Positions 20,576-30,129 of a DNA stretch of 64,000 nucleotides are shown here, in pieces. Numbering within the stretch: position 1 is the stretch's first letter; every line of letters begins with the position of its first letter. The notes under the pieces were generated by a model, which searched no databases, had not been told where the DNA came from, and saw only the letters and a program-made list of their open reading frames with translations. The position numbers were made by a program, and so were the translations under genes. Origin of the DNA: Phycisphaeraceae bacterium (GTDB lineage: Bacteria > Planctomycetota > Phycisphaerae > Phycisphaerales > Phycisphaeraceae); assembly GCA_963674705.1 (NCBI GenBank), contig OY771506.1, positions 96,001-160,000 of the forward strand, in the 5' to 3' direction.

Positions 20576-23500
20576 TTACCGACCGTGCCGACGCTTCAGC
20601 ACACACAACCCACCCACACCAAACAACGCAACGCACGCCGGCTCGGGGATCGCCGCACTTGCGCCGGCAGGCGTGCCCGCGTTCCAATTGCCTAACACGA
20701 AGTCAAGGTCATCAAGCCCGACATACCCGTCGCCCGACGGATCGCCCGCAGCCCAATCACCCGCGGTCACGTTCTGGTTCCACGCACTGAGCACGATGTC
20801 CAGGTCGTCCAATCCGACAAACCCGTCGCCGTTCAAGTCGCCGACCAACGTGGGCTGCGTATCAACCACCGCCAACACGCCCGTCGTCAACAGTGCCGAC
20901 GTATCCCAGTACAAACCGCTATCAAGCGCCGGCAAGACATACGAATCAAACCCGCCGCTAGCGGATGCGAAGTCGAACAGGTCAAACGTATCACCAAGCT
21001 GCAAAGCCACCGCCCCTCCGAACACAACCTCGAGCGTGCCGTCGGCCGTCAGGCTGCCCGTGATATCAAGCAGGTCATTCACGCCGGACGCCGCGATATC
21101 AAACATCACGACCGAACCGTCTTCCAGAACGACATCACCCTGCACGGTCAATACCTCGGGTGCATACAACGCGCCGCCGCCGGCCGCGAGCGGGTTCTGT
21201 GTGTTCTCGCCGACAAGCTGATACAGGTTGTCGATTCGCACCCGACCGTCTTCACGGTTCGTGATGCCGAACGCTTCAAGGTTAAACGGATCGGTCAAAC
21301 GCCCGAACTCAACGCCCGCCAACGCAAGCGTCCCGCTATCCGTGCCCGCCGAGGTGTACACATCAAACGTTTTGTTCGCGTTGTCCACGACAAGCCAGAC
21401 GTTCTGCCACTGCCCGTCCGTCAGCGCGGTAATCGTGCCGCCGCTGCGGTTATCGCCATACACGCTGAGCGTCGCGGAGCCCGGGTTGCCTACGACGTAA
21501 GGCATCACCGAGTAGTCGGCATACGCATCATTGATGTCCAGCGTACTCACGCTTTCCGTCAGGCCGATCATCGTATCGGTATACCCGTTGCCTTCGTTCA
21601 TGACCTGGAAGAAGTACGTCGCCGTTTCGCCGTCAGCGAGGCTGAAGTCGGTCGCGAAGTTGTTGGATAGATCGGTGACGCCGCCGCGCCACCCGCCTGA
21701 ACCCTGCGACGGGATGCCCCATGCTGCAAGCGCGTTGTCCGCGGGGTCCGTGTTGTTCACGATCTGCCCGTTGTTCGTCCCGTCAAACACACCATCCCAC
21801 ACGCCGCTGGTCACATCGCCATTGCCGTGCGCGCCGATGTTCTGGTTGCTGCTGTTGTCGTAGCTATCGAAGTTGTCGATCAACATCGCGGTCGAAGAGA
21901 CAGGCATACCAGCGCCGCCGATCTGAAGTGTCGAACCGCTCTGCATCGTCAGGTTGTCCGCAAAGGTGCCGTCGCCGGTTACCGTCGACCCATTACCTGC
22001 GATCACATCGCCGACCACGGTCATATCGCTGTTGTTGTTCAGCGTCTGCCCGCTTACAAGCTGGAAAGTGCTGCTTGTGCCCGAAACATCAAATGTCGCG
22101 CCCGCTTGCACGTTGATATTCACCGAGTTCGCGATCGAGCCGACGCCCGCCAGCTTCAGCGTGCCTTCGTTGATGTTCGTGTCGCCGCTGTATGTATTCA
22201 CAGCCGAGAGCGTCAACGAACCCGTACCGGTCTTGTTCAAACCAGAACTGCCCGCGATCGGTACTGCGATCTCGTGTGCGCCGGCTTTCACCGATACCTG
22301 CGCCGAACCGGTCAGTGTCAGCGCGTTCGTGCCGCTGATCGTGTACGTATTTGCGTTATCGATCGTCAGGCGGTTCAATGTCGCGGGCGCATCCATATTG
22401 ATCGTCGCCGGTGCGCCGCTGCCGGTCAGTTTGCTGCCCAGCGTCGCGTCGCCGCCGCTTAACGGCAAGCCGCTGCTCCAGTTGCCCGCAACGCTCCAGT
22501 TACCGCCGCCATCGACATCCCACTGCGTCACCAGCGTCAACAAACCCGTCGACTGGTTAAACAGGTAGCTGCCGTTGCTCCACACGCCGCCGGTGTTATC
22601 GAAGCCAGCGACTTCAAAGCTCGAACCATACGTCGTGTTCGCTGCCGTCACCAGCGACCACGAATCACCTTCGTTATTCGTTGCGCCGCTCAAGTCGAAC
22701 TCAAATACGCCGTTGATAAGCGTCGTCAGTGCGCTACTGCCGGAGATCGCGTTATTCACACCGCTGGCGCCGATATCAAAGACAAAGTTCGCGCCATCCG
22801 CCAGCTCGAACCGCGCCTTGTTGATAATGTCACCGGTAAAACTGTTGTTGCCCGAGAGGATCCGCACGTAGCGGTTATCCTCGCGCACCGCGGAGGGCGG
22901 CGTCTCGATCGTCAGGTCGGCCGAACCGCTGATATCCGCGAGCAGGTAGATGTCGCCCTGTGTTGCCTCGAGCACGGAATCGCTCAACACCGTGATGTTG
23001 CCGTCCAGCTTGAACTGATCGCTCAGGCCGTTGAGGTGCTGGACCCAGCCGCCGTCAAGCCGCAGGTCGTTGATCGTCACGACGCCGTTGGTGCCAGTGC
23101 CTTTATAGATCAGGCCGCCGCTTGCGCCGTTAGTGTTGTTGATCGTCAGTGAATCGCCTGCAAACGTGAAGCTGCTGGCGCTGGCGGGCGTGCGCATCAT
23201 GTGGTCTGCGGTGTAGTAAGCCGCGCCGCCGTGCGCGAAGTAACCGTCGTCCCACGTATCCTGGTAATTAAACGCGGATGTGCCGAACGCGTCGCTTGCC
23301 GACATTGTCACCGTTGTCGCGGTGGACGGATGAGTGCTTGAGCCGATGCCAAGGTCGGCGCGCATCGCGTAGACCAAAGCAACCTGCCGCCGCGAAGCGA
23401 TCTCGCTCCATTCGCTGTCGTAGTTCAAGCCGTAGGGCCAGAAGTGAATGCTGTCGCCGTTGATCTTCGCGCCGTCGCCATCAAACTGCTGGATGAGCGC

Positions 23501-23914
23501 CGCGGCATTCGGGCCGCTCCACCCGCCGGACATCAGCGAACTCCAACTGCCTGAAGGCAACCCGAGGTAGTGGCCCATCTCGTGCTGCGTGACGCGCAGG
23601 TTCGGGTATGTCCCGCCGAAGCCGACGCTCCCGCCGTAACTCGCCTGCGCGGTGGGGATGCCTGAATCGTAGTACACGTAGACGTTGTAGTTGCCGAAGC
23701 CGTTAGGCGCGTACGCGTTGAAGCGCGCAAGCACGCCTTCGACCGCAGCCACCGCCGCGTCGTAATGCGCCTGGTTAGGCCAACCGCTCGCCGCCTCGAT
23801 CGAGTACGTCAGTGCAGCATCAGCCGACGACGAACCGATACCCAACGCCGTCGGCAAGGCCAACACAAGCGCCGCCGTGCCCAACTTCTTCATACCATTC
23901 ATCCGCATCTTCAA
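20576..23914 (-). CDS. Large PEP-CTERM protein 2: HExxH zincin-like head, stalk, conserved module, dockerin-like domain
   Basis: PTAQASYGG..TQHEMGHYLG..HFWPYGLNY head; LNKTGTGSLTLSAVNTYSGDT autotransporter-associated repeat; dockerin; IPEP-TM-KRR. Confidence 0.85.
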   Translation of the reverse strand: MKMRMNGMKKLGTAALVLALPTALGIGSSSADAALTYSIEAASGWPNQAHYDAAVAAVEGVLARFNAYAPNGFGNYNVYVYYDSGIPTAQASYGGSVGFGGTYPNLRVTQHEMGHYLGLPSGSWSSLMSGGWSGPNAAALIQQFDGDGAKINGDSIHFWPYGLNYDSEWSEIASRRQVALVYAMRADLGIGSSTHPSTATTVTMSASDAFGTSAFNYQDTWDDGYFAHGGAAYYTADHMMRTPASASSFTFAGDSLTINNTNGASGGLIYKGTGTNGVVTINDLRLDGGWVQHLNGLSDQFKLDGNITVLSDSVLEATQGDIYLLADISGSADLTIETPPSAVREDNRYVRILSGNNSFTGDIINKARFELADGANFVFDIGASGVNNAISGSSALTTLINGVFEFDLSGATNNEGDSWSLVTAANTTYGSSFEVAGFDNTGGVWSNGSYLFNQSTGLLTLVTQWDVDGGGNWSVAGNWSSGLPLSGGDATLGSKLTGSGAPATINMDAPATLNRLTIDNANTYTISGTNALTLTGSAQVSVKAGAHEIAVPIAGSSGLNKTGTGSLTLSAVNTYSGDTNINEGTLKLAGVGSIANSVNINVQAGATFDVSGTSSTFQLVSGQTLNNNSDMTVVGDVIAGNGSTVTGDGTFADNLTMQSGSTLQIGGAGMPVSSTAMLIDNFDSYDNSSNQNIGAHGNGDVTSGVWDGVFDGTNNGQIVNNTDPADNALAAWGIPSQGSGGWRGGVTDLSNNFATDFSLADGETATYFFQVMNEGNGYTDTMIGLTESVSTLDINDAYADYSVMPYVVGNPGSATLSVYGDNRSGGTITALTDGQWQNVWLVVDNANKTFDVYTSAGTDSGTLALAGVEFGRLTDPFNLEAFGITNREDGRVRIDNLYQLVGENTQNPLAAGGGALYAPEVLTVQGDVVLEDGSVVMFDIAASGVNDLLDITGSLTADGTLEVVFGGAVALQLGDTFDLFDFASASGGFDSYVLPALDSGLYWDTSALLTTGVLAVVDTQPTLVGDLNGDGFVGLDDLDIVLSAWNQNVTAGDWAAGDPSGDGYVGLDDLDFVLGNWNAGTPAGASAAIPEPACVALFGVGGLCVLKRRHGR

Positions 23915-23929
23915 ATTGCTCCAGGTATC

Positions 23930-26900
23930 TTACGCCCGAGTCCTTCGGCCAACACCCACCAACACACATCCCGCCACCAGCAAAGCCGAAGCAGGTTCGG
24001 GGATCGCCGCGTTCTCACCGGCCGGCGTGCCCGCGTTCCAGTTGCCGAGAATGATGTCAAGGTCATCAAGCCCGACGTACCCGTCGCCCGACGGATCGCC
24101 CGCAGCCCAATCACCAGCCGTCACATTCTGGTTCCACGCACTGAGCACGATGTCCAGGTCGTCCAATCCGACAAACCCATCGCCGTTCAGATCGCCGTCC
24201 AGCATCACGATCGAATCCACCACCGTCAGCATACCTGTCGACAGTAGCGCCGTCGTATCCCAGTACAAGCCTGCCGACAATTCAGGCAGGATGAAGTCAT
24301 TAAACGCGCCGCTGGCTGACGCGAAGTCGAACAGGTCGAACTGATCGCCCAGTTCAAGCGCCGGTGCTGTTGCTTCCAGCACGACTTCCAGCGTGCCGCC
24401 CGCGGTCAGTTCGCCGCTGATATCCAGCAGGTCGCTAATCCCGTCGGTCGCAATATCAAAGATCACGGTCGAGCCGCTCTCGAGTGTGACATCGCCAGTC
24501 ACGGTCATCACGTCGGCTGTAAACGTCACCGATTCACCACTGACCAGCGGATTAACCGTGCTCTCACCGAGCATCATGTACAGGTTGTCGACATGCACCA
24601 GGTCCGTGCCCGCGTTCATCGCTGCGAATGCTTCCAGGTCTGTCGGGTTCGTGATGCGACCAAACGCCACATCTGAGTAAGCAAGCGTTCCGTCATCCGT
24701 GCCTGTCGACCAGTACATATCAAACGTCTTGGTATCGTTGTCCACGACGACCCACACGTTGTACCAGTCACCGGTGGTCATCGACGTCACCACCTGGTCG
24801 CCGAGGTTGTCGCCGTAAACCTTCAGGTTCCCGCCGGCAACGTAAGGCATGACCGAGAAGTCCTGCCACGAATTATTGATGTCCACCGACGCACGACTTT
24901 CAGCCAGACCGATCATGCAGTCCGTCGAAGTGCCTTCCGCCATCACCTGGAAGAAGTACGTCGCCGTCTCGCCGTCCGCCAGGCTGAAGTCGTTGGCAAA
25001 ATTGTTAGCAAGGTCGGTCTCCGCGCCGCGCCAGCCGCTGCCCTCACGGACCGCCAGCGACTGATCGCCGTCCGGATCGTCCGTAACAAGCGCGCCGCCC
25101 GTGCCGTCCCACTCGCCAACCCAGACGTCGCCGGTCAGGTTGTTCGGCGTAGCGCCCAGCGATGTCGTGCTGCTGTTGTCGTACGAATCAAAGTCATCGA
25201 TCAACGCGGTGTTTTGAGTAATCGTCACACCTGCGCCGCCGATCTGGATCGTCGAGCCGCTCTGCGCGGCAAGGTTTCCGTTGAATGTGCCCTTGCCTGT
25301 AACAGTCGAACCATCGCCTGCAACCACATCACCGACCACGGTGTTATTGCTGTCATTGTTCAGCGTCTGGCCAGTTGAAAGTGTGAACGTTGAGCTAAGT
25401 CCCGAAACATCCAGCGTGCCCGATTCTGTCACATTGATATTCGCAGAATTGGCGATCGTCGCGTTACCTTGCAGCGAAAGCGTGCCGTTGCTGACGTTCG
25501 TATCGCCGCTGTACGTGTTAGCGCTGTTGTTCAGCACGACCGACCCGCCACCTTCAACGCTCAAACCGCCCGAGCCGGCGATCCCCGCGCCGGTCATGGT
25601 GTAAGTATTGCTCGTGTGATTGAAAACCGTCGCGCCGGGCGAAACAGTGTTCGAGATGTTCACGTTATACGTCGATGCGCCATCACCGAACCACACCGTC
25701 TTACCCGCGGAATAAGCGATGTTGCCGACGCCGTCGCCGTTCGTATCCCAATCCGTTCCCGAACCGGCTACCCAGACGCCGCTGTCGTCGCCGATCCACT
25801 GCAAAATCGAATCCACGCTCAGGTCGATCACGTGCAACGGCGTGCCCGTCCTCGAGCTGACCAGGTCGTCGTTCTCCTGGATGTACACCGACAACACACC
25901 ATCAACCAGCAGACGCTTCTGATCGAACTTTGGCTCGCCGATGAAGTCGCGCTGGTCGGTGTAAACCACTTCCCAGTCCGTGTAGCCCGAAGCGAGCGAT
26001 GCCGACGCAACGACCAGGTCGCCGTCCGTGTAATACCCGCCGCTGTCACCGACGCCGGGCGTGACATACGTCACAAAGATGTTGCCATCCGCATCGTAAG
26101 CGATGTCAGGCCGTGAACCGACGGCATAGTCGGTCGGCAGTTCCGTCCGAGCCCAATCCCCGGTCGACGGATCGCGGTAGTAATGGAAGTATGCCGATGC
26201 CGACGTGTTGAATCCCGAAACCGAATCACGGTTCGCATCGTCCGCGTGCCACATCACCATATGCACACGCCCGTCGCCGTCGACGATCTGCGTCTGCTGG
26301 TTCATGATCGAGTTGTAGATACTCAGTTCACCGAGCACGCCGTTACCGCTGTCACCGTCATCGATAAGGATGCCCGGCGAGTTGGGATACACGGTGCTGC
26401 CGAGGTTGACGCCGTCGCTGTTGTTCCATGTCGCCCCACCGTTGTCGCTGTAGGCGTACATCAGGTAGTAATTGCTGCTGCCCGCAGTCGGACGCCAGGT
26501 CCAGGTCGTGTGCAGCCGGCCCGTGCTGTCGACATCCATCCCGTTGAGGTATGGATTCACATCCGCCGACGAGCCGTTGATGATCTGGCTCGACGAACCC
26601 CACAAACCCGTGGATGCATCATACATGACCAGGTTCATGTCACCGTTGCCGCTGTACCCCGTGCGGTAGGTGAAGTACATATCGCCCGACGTCGAATCGG
26701 AGATGAACCGCGGATACGTCACGTCATAAATCGTCGACCCGCCGAGGTTCAACGAGCTTTGCTGCGCATTGAAGATGCTTGAGTTCCACGTGCTGCCGGT
26801 CGCGGACCCACCGTCAGTGTTGGCGTACTTCAGCGTGTTGTTGTGATGGTCCCACGAAATGTGCACCGTACCGTCGCCCGAGATGCCCATCGAGATGACG

Positions 26901-27283
26901 TTATGCGCATCTGATGTCGTGTTCGTCATATTGAAGCCGGTGTCCATGACCTGCCATGAACCGCCCGACAGACTGCGCCTCGCCAGGTACACATCCTCAT
27001 CACTTCCGAGGTGATACCACGCCGCATACTGATACCCGTCGTACGTCATCAGTGCTTCGGTCTGGTAGGATGCGCCGTTGATGGCCCGGCCGTACGTTGC
27101 ATTGGAAGCAAACAACAGTGCGCCGCTGTCGAGCACCGAATCTTCAAGCAGCGACAATTGCACTGCACCCAAGGCTTGCGACCCACCCGCAGACAACGCC
27201 GCCAGCAGCACCGGCATCGCCACTTTGACCGTCCGACCACGCACAGCCCTGGTCAGCACATCGAGAACAGCATTACGGCTCAT
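23930..27283 (-). CDS. Large PEP-CTERM protein 3: BNR_4 (PL24/25/42-like) propeller head, stalk, conserved module, dockerin-like domain
   Basis: DAHNVISMGISGDGTVHISWDHH, VTYPRF..YRTG.SGNG and Asp-box SDNGGATW, the same motif series as 10648-11979; dockerin; IPEP-TM-RR. Confidence 0.85.
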   Translation of the reverse strand: MSRNAVLDVLTRAVRGRTVKVAMPVLLAALSAGGSQALGAVQLSLLEDSVLDSGALLFASNATYGRAINGASYQTEALMTYDGYQYAAWYHLGSDEDVYLARRSLSGGSWQVMDTGFNMTNTTSDAHNVISMGISGDGTVHISWDHHNNTLKYANTDGGSATGSTWNSSIFNAQQSSLNLGGSTIYDVTYPRFISDSTSGDMYFTYRTGYSGNGDMNLVMYDASTGLWGSSSQIINGSSADVNPYLNGMDVDSTGRLHTTWTWRPTAGSSNYYLMYAYSDNGGATWNNSDGVNLGSTVYPNSPGILIDDGDSGNGVLGELSIYNSIMNQQTQIVDGDGRVHMVMWHADDANRDSVSGFNTSASAYFHYYRDPSTGDWARTELPTDYAVGSRPDIAYDADGNIFVTYVTPGVGDSGGYYTDGDLVVASASLASGYTDWEVVYTDQRDFIGEPKFDQKRLLVDGVLSVYIQENDDLVSSRTGTPLHVIDLSVDSILQWIGDDSGVWVAGSGTDWDTNGDGVGNIAYSAGKTVWFGDGASTYNVNISNTVSPGATVFNHTSNTYTMTGAGIAGSGGLSVEGGGSVVLNNSANTYSGDTNVSNGTLSLQGNATIANSANINVTESGTLDVSGLSSTFTLSTGQTLNNDSNNTVVGDVVAGDGSTVTGKGTFNGNLAAQSGSTIQIGGAGVTITQNTALIDDFDSYDNSSTTSLGATPNNLTGDVWVGEWDGTGGALVTDDPDGDQSLAVREGSGWRGAETDLANNFANDFSLADGETATYFFQVMAEGTSTDCMIGLAESRASVDINNSWQDFSVMPYVAGGNLKVYGDNLGDQVVTSMTTGDWYNVWVVVDNDTKTFDMYWSTGTDDGTLAYSDVAFGRITNPTDLEAFAAMNAGTDLVHVDNLYMMLGESTVNPLVSGESVTFTADVMTVTGDVTLESGSTVIFDIATDGISDLLDISGELTAGGTLEVVLEATAPALELGDQFDLFDFASASGAFNDFILPELSAGLYWDTTALLSTGMLTVVDSIVMLDGDLNGDGFVGLDDLDIVLSAWNQNVTAGDWAAGDPSGDGYVGLDDLDIILGNWNAGTPAGENAAIPEPASALLVAGCVLVGVGRRTRA

Positions 27284-27324
27284 TGTTCTTTACTTTCGCT
27301 AAAACCAAAAAAACAGCACACCGG

Positions 27325-30129
27325 TTACTTTTCAAACCGGTAGCGCTTCATCAATGTCACACAACCCAAACCCATCAGCACAACGCTCATCGGCTCGGGA
27401 ATATCCCCTTGTATTGTAGGCGGGGTGCCCGCATTCCAGTTAGACAACACAAAATCCAAATCGGCAAGCCCCACGAACCCATCACCCGACGGATCGCCTG
27501 CCGACCAGTCGCCCGCCGTCACATTCTGGTTCCACGCTGTCAGCACGATATCCAGATCGTCCAGGCCGACATAACCGTCGCCGTTCAGATCGCCCAACAG
27601 TTGTATCGATGCCACCGACAGTTCACCGGTTATCAATAACGCCGAAGTATTCCATGCCAAACCCGTTTCCAATACGGGCAGGTCCAGCACATCAAACGCG
27701 CCGCTCGCGTAAGTAAAGTCGAGGATGTCGAACACATCACCCGCCCGCGGGCTCGGCGCGCCGTCCGTTAATGCAACGCTCAACGTCCCGCCGGCCGTGA
27801 AGATGCCAGACACGTCCACGCGGTCCATCGCGCTCGGGTCATACACATCCAGTTCAAGCACCGCGCCGTCGACAAGCACCATGTCCCCCGCCACCGTCAA
27901 CACCGCCGGCTCAAGCACCAGCCCCGCATCAAAACCAGCAAGCGGATTCGTCAGGTCGATCCCGTTCAGATACGTCAGGTCGTCGAACCGCACCGTGTTA
28001 TCAGCCGAGGCAGGTCCGCCATACGCAAGGATCTCGTCCAGCACTTCCGTCGTCCCGTTACGGAACGCCAGCGGCGACGAATTCAGCTTATTAGCCACCG
28101 TCGCGTCGGCTGTGCCGGTGTTCATATAGATGTCGTATGTGTCGGTCGTCTGGTCGATGACCATCCAGATGTTGTACCACGAGTCCAACGACAGCCCGCT
28201 GGACAATATCGAGCTGAACCCCGAGCCGTCGCGTGCATCGATCTGAATCGTGCCCGATGTCGCGCCTTCAACTATCCGCAACTGCGTTTCGTAGTTTGAG
28301 AAGGTCGTGCCGTTCGTATTCGCGACAGTCCCCAAACCAAAACTGACATCCGGATCATCGACCTTCGCGTTGAAGCGGAAGAAGAATGTCGCCGTTTCGC
28401 TGTCTGATATCTCGCCGTCCTCAGGCATAGTTCGAGATGCGCTGCGGTAATTATCCGACCAGCCGTAGGTCAGCACCTGGTTGCCCCAATGATCTTCGAT
28501 ATCCGCAAAGCCCGTGTCTTCATGCGCCGTCCAGGGCGGGCTCGCCACGTCGCGCAGGTTGCCGGTCGCGTAACTCTCAAAATCGTCCACCGTAAACCGT
28601 GCCGGCGCGCTCATGCCCGCATCACCGACTCGGATCACCGCGCCGGACTGCGTCCGCAGGCTGCTGCTAACCGCCCCCTCGCCCTCGAGCATCGCGCCGC
28701 CCGCGACGATCATGCCGTCGACCATGTCCGAGCCGATCGTCCCGCCGCGCAATTCGACATCAAAGTCCATCGTCGCCGCGGTTTCGCCTCGCGTGCCGTG
28801 CAGTTCAAGCGTCCCGCCATCTAATACACGCAACTCGCCCGTGCCGTGCAGCGTCGGGTAATACTCAAATCGCAGCGTGCCTTCCGCGACCTCGAGCAAA
28901 CCGTTATTACTCACATCGACACCGCTTAAGGTGATCTTGTTCGACCCGGTCTTGCGGAGCGTCGCGCCATCCAGCACGCGCACCCAATTCGAGGCGGCGT
29001 TCATCGACCAATCCACACTGCCGGAGATCTCACTCACCTCGCCCAGCGCGCTGATGTACCGCACCGTTCCCGCTTCGCGCGTGACAGTCAGCTTGCCGCC
29101 TTCAAGATAAGCGATGTGTTCACCGAGGTCCTCGTTATTAAAGTCATACGTCTGGCCCCGCTCGATCACACCGACATACTTCTTGCCCACGTTCGTCGGC
29201 GTCAACGGGCTGCCCTCGATCATCTTCGAGTCGCCAAACCAGTTGTAAAACGCATACCCGCCGACATAGCTTCGGCTTTCAAGCGCGGGGACCACGATAT
29301 CCAGAAACGCCGCGTTTGCCGCGCGAACTTCAGCATCCGAATAGTTGCCGCCCCAGTCGTGGATCGCAAACTCAGTGATCCAGACGGGCAACCCATACTG
29401 GTTGTGATACGAATCGACCCGGCTCAAAAATGAATACGCCGCGCCGCTCGGATCGTTCGGTGTGCTTACGCCGTACCAGTGAAACGCCACCGCGTCCACC
29501 TGCAAGCCCTGCGAATTCGCCTGGCTCATGAAACTCGACAACCACGATTGCCCGCCACTGGTGTCCGACACCGCCGGGCTCACCAGCTTGATCCCCGTGC
29601 CGTCGAACCCCGCGTCAAGCGTCTGCCACGCCGAAATCGCCTGCGACACCGTCAGGTTCGCCTGGTCGCTGCGCTCAGGCTCATTGAAACCGAGCACCCA
29701 CTCGATGTCGCCGTAACCGACGATCTTGTCGATCGTCGACTGGTTCGCCGCCCAACTGCCCCAGAGCATCGGCACGAAGTCGGCGTCGTAATTGCCGATA
29801 TTCGGCTTGTCCGATCCCCACGTGTAGTACCAACCGGCGTTCACCGCCTGAAGATTGCCGTAGTACGACCCCGTATCGCCGAATCCGCGCTTCGCGGATT
29901 GAATCTGTGCATCTGCTGCCTGGCCCGCAAACCCGAGCAATCCCGCACACGCAAAAGCCGCCAGCATCTTCGAAGATACGACGCCCCGGTTACGCCCTAT
30001 TCCTTTAGAGCTTGTTATCTGTTGCTTATGTCCGATCCTTGACAATGCATTGTTATCTACCATTCGACTCATCATGTACACATCCCCAAGTGTTGACGGG
30101 ACAATCCGTCTATTTTCACCGCGTATCAC
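27325..30129 (-). CDS. Large PEP-CTERM protein 4: GH128 (beta-1,3-glucanase-like) head, module, dockerin-like domain
   Basis: KRG, WYYTWG, FVPMLWG, LGFNEP, LVSPAV, VDAVAFHWY, PVWITEFA. The true start is probably downstream of the ORF limit, since the ORF overlaps the upstream gene. Confidence 0.85.
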   Translation of the reverse strand: MIRGENRRIVPSTLGDVYMMSRMVDNNALSRIGHKQQITSSKGIGRNRGVVSSKMLAAFACAGLLGFAGQAADAQIQSAKRGFGDTGSYYGNLQAVNAGWYYTWGSDKPNIGNYDADFVPMLWGSWAANQSTIDKIVGYGDIEWVLGFNEPERSDQANLTVSQAISAWQTLDAGFDGTGIKLVSPAVSDTSGGQSWLSSFMSQANSQGLQVDAVAFHWYGVSTPNDPSGAAYSFLSRVDSYHNQYGLPVWITEFAIHDWGGNYSDAEVRAANAAFLDIVVPALESRSYVGGYAFYNWFGDSKMIEGSPLTPTNVGKKYVGVIERGQTYDFNNEDLGEHIAYLEGGKLTVTREAGTVRYISALGEVSEISGSVDWSMNAASNWVRVLDGATLRKTGSNKITLSGVDVSNNGLLEVAEGTLRFEYYPTLHGTGELRVLDGGTLELHGTRGETAATMDFDVELRGGTIGSDMVDGMIVAGGAMLEGEGAVSSSLRTQSGAVIRVGDAGMSAPARFTVDDFESYATGNLRDVASPPWTAHEDTGFADIEDHWGNQVLTYGWSDNYRSASRTMPEDGEISDSETATFFFRFNAKVDDPDVSFGLGTVANTNGTTFSNYETQLRIVEGATSGTIQIDARDGSGFSSILSSGLSLDSWYNIWMVIDQTTDTYDIYMNTGTADATVANKLNSSPLAFRNGTTEVLDEILAYGGPASADNTVRFDDLTYLNGIDLTNPLAGFDAGLVLEPAVLTVAGDMVLVDGAVLELDVYDPSAMDRVDVSGIFTAGGTLSVALTDGAPSPRAGDVFDILDFTYASGAFDVLDLPVLETGLAWNTSALLITGELSVASIQLLGDLNGDGYVGLDDLDIVLTAWNQNVTAGDWSAGDPSGDGFVGLADLDFVLSNWNAGTPPTIQGDIPEPMSVVLMGLGCVTLMKRYRFEK

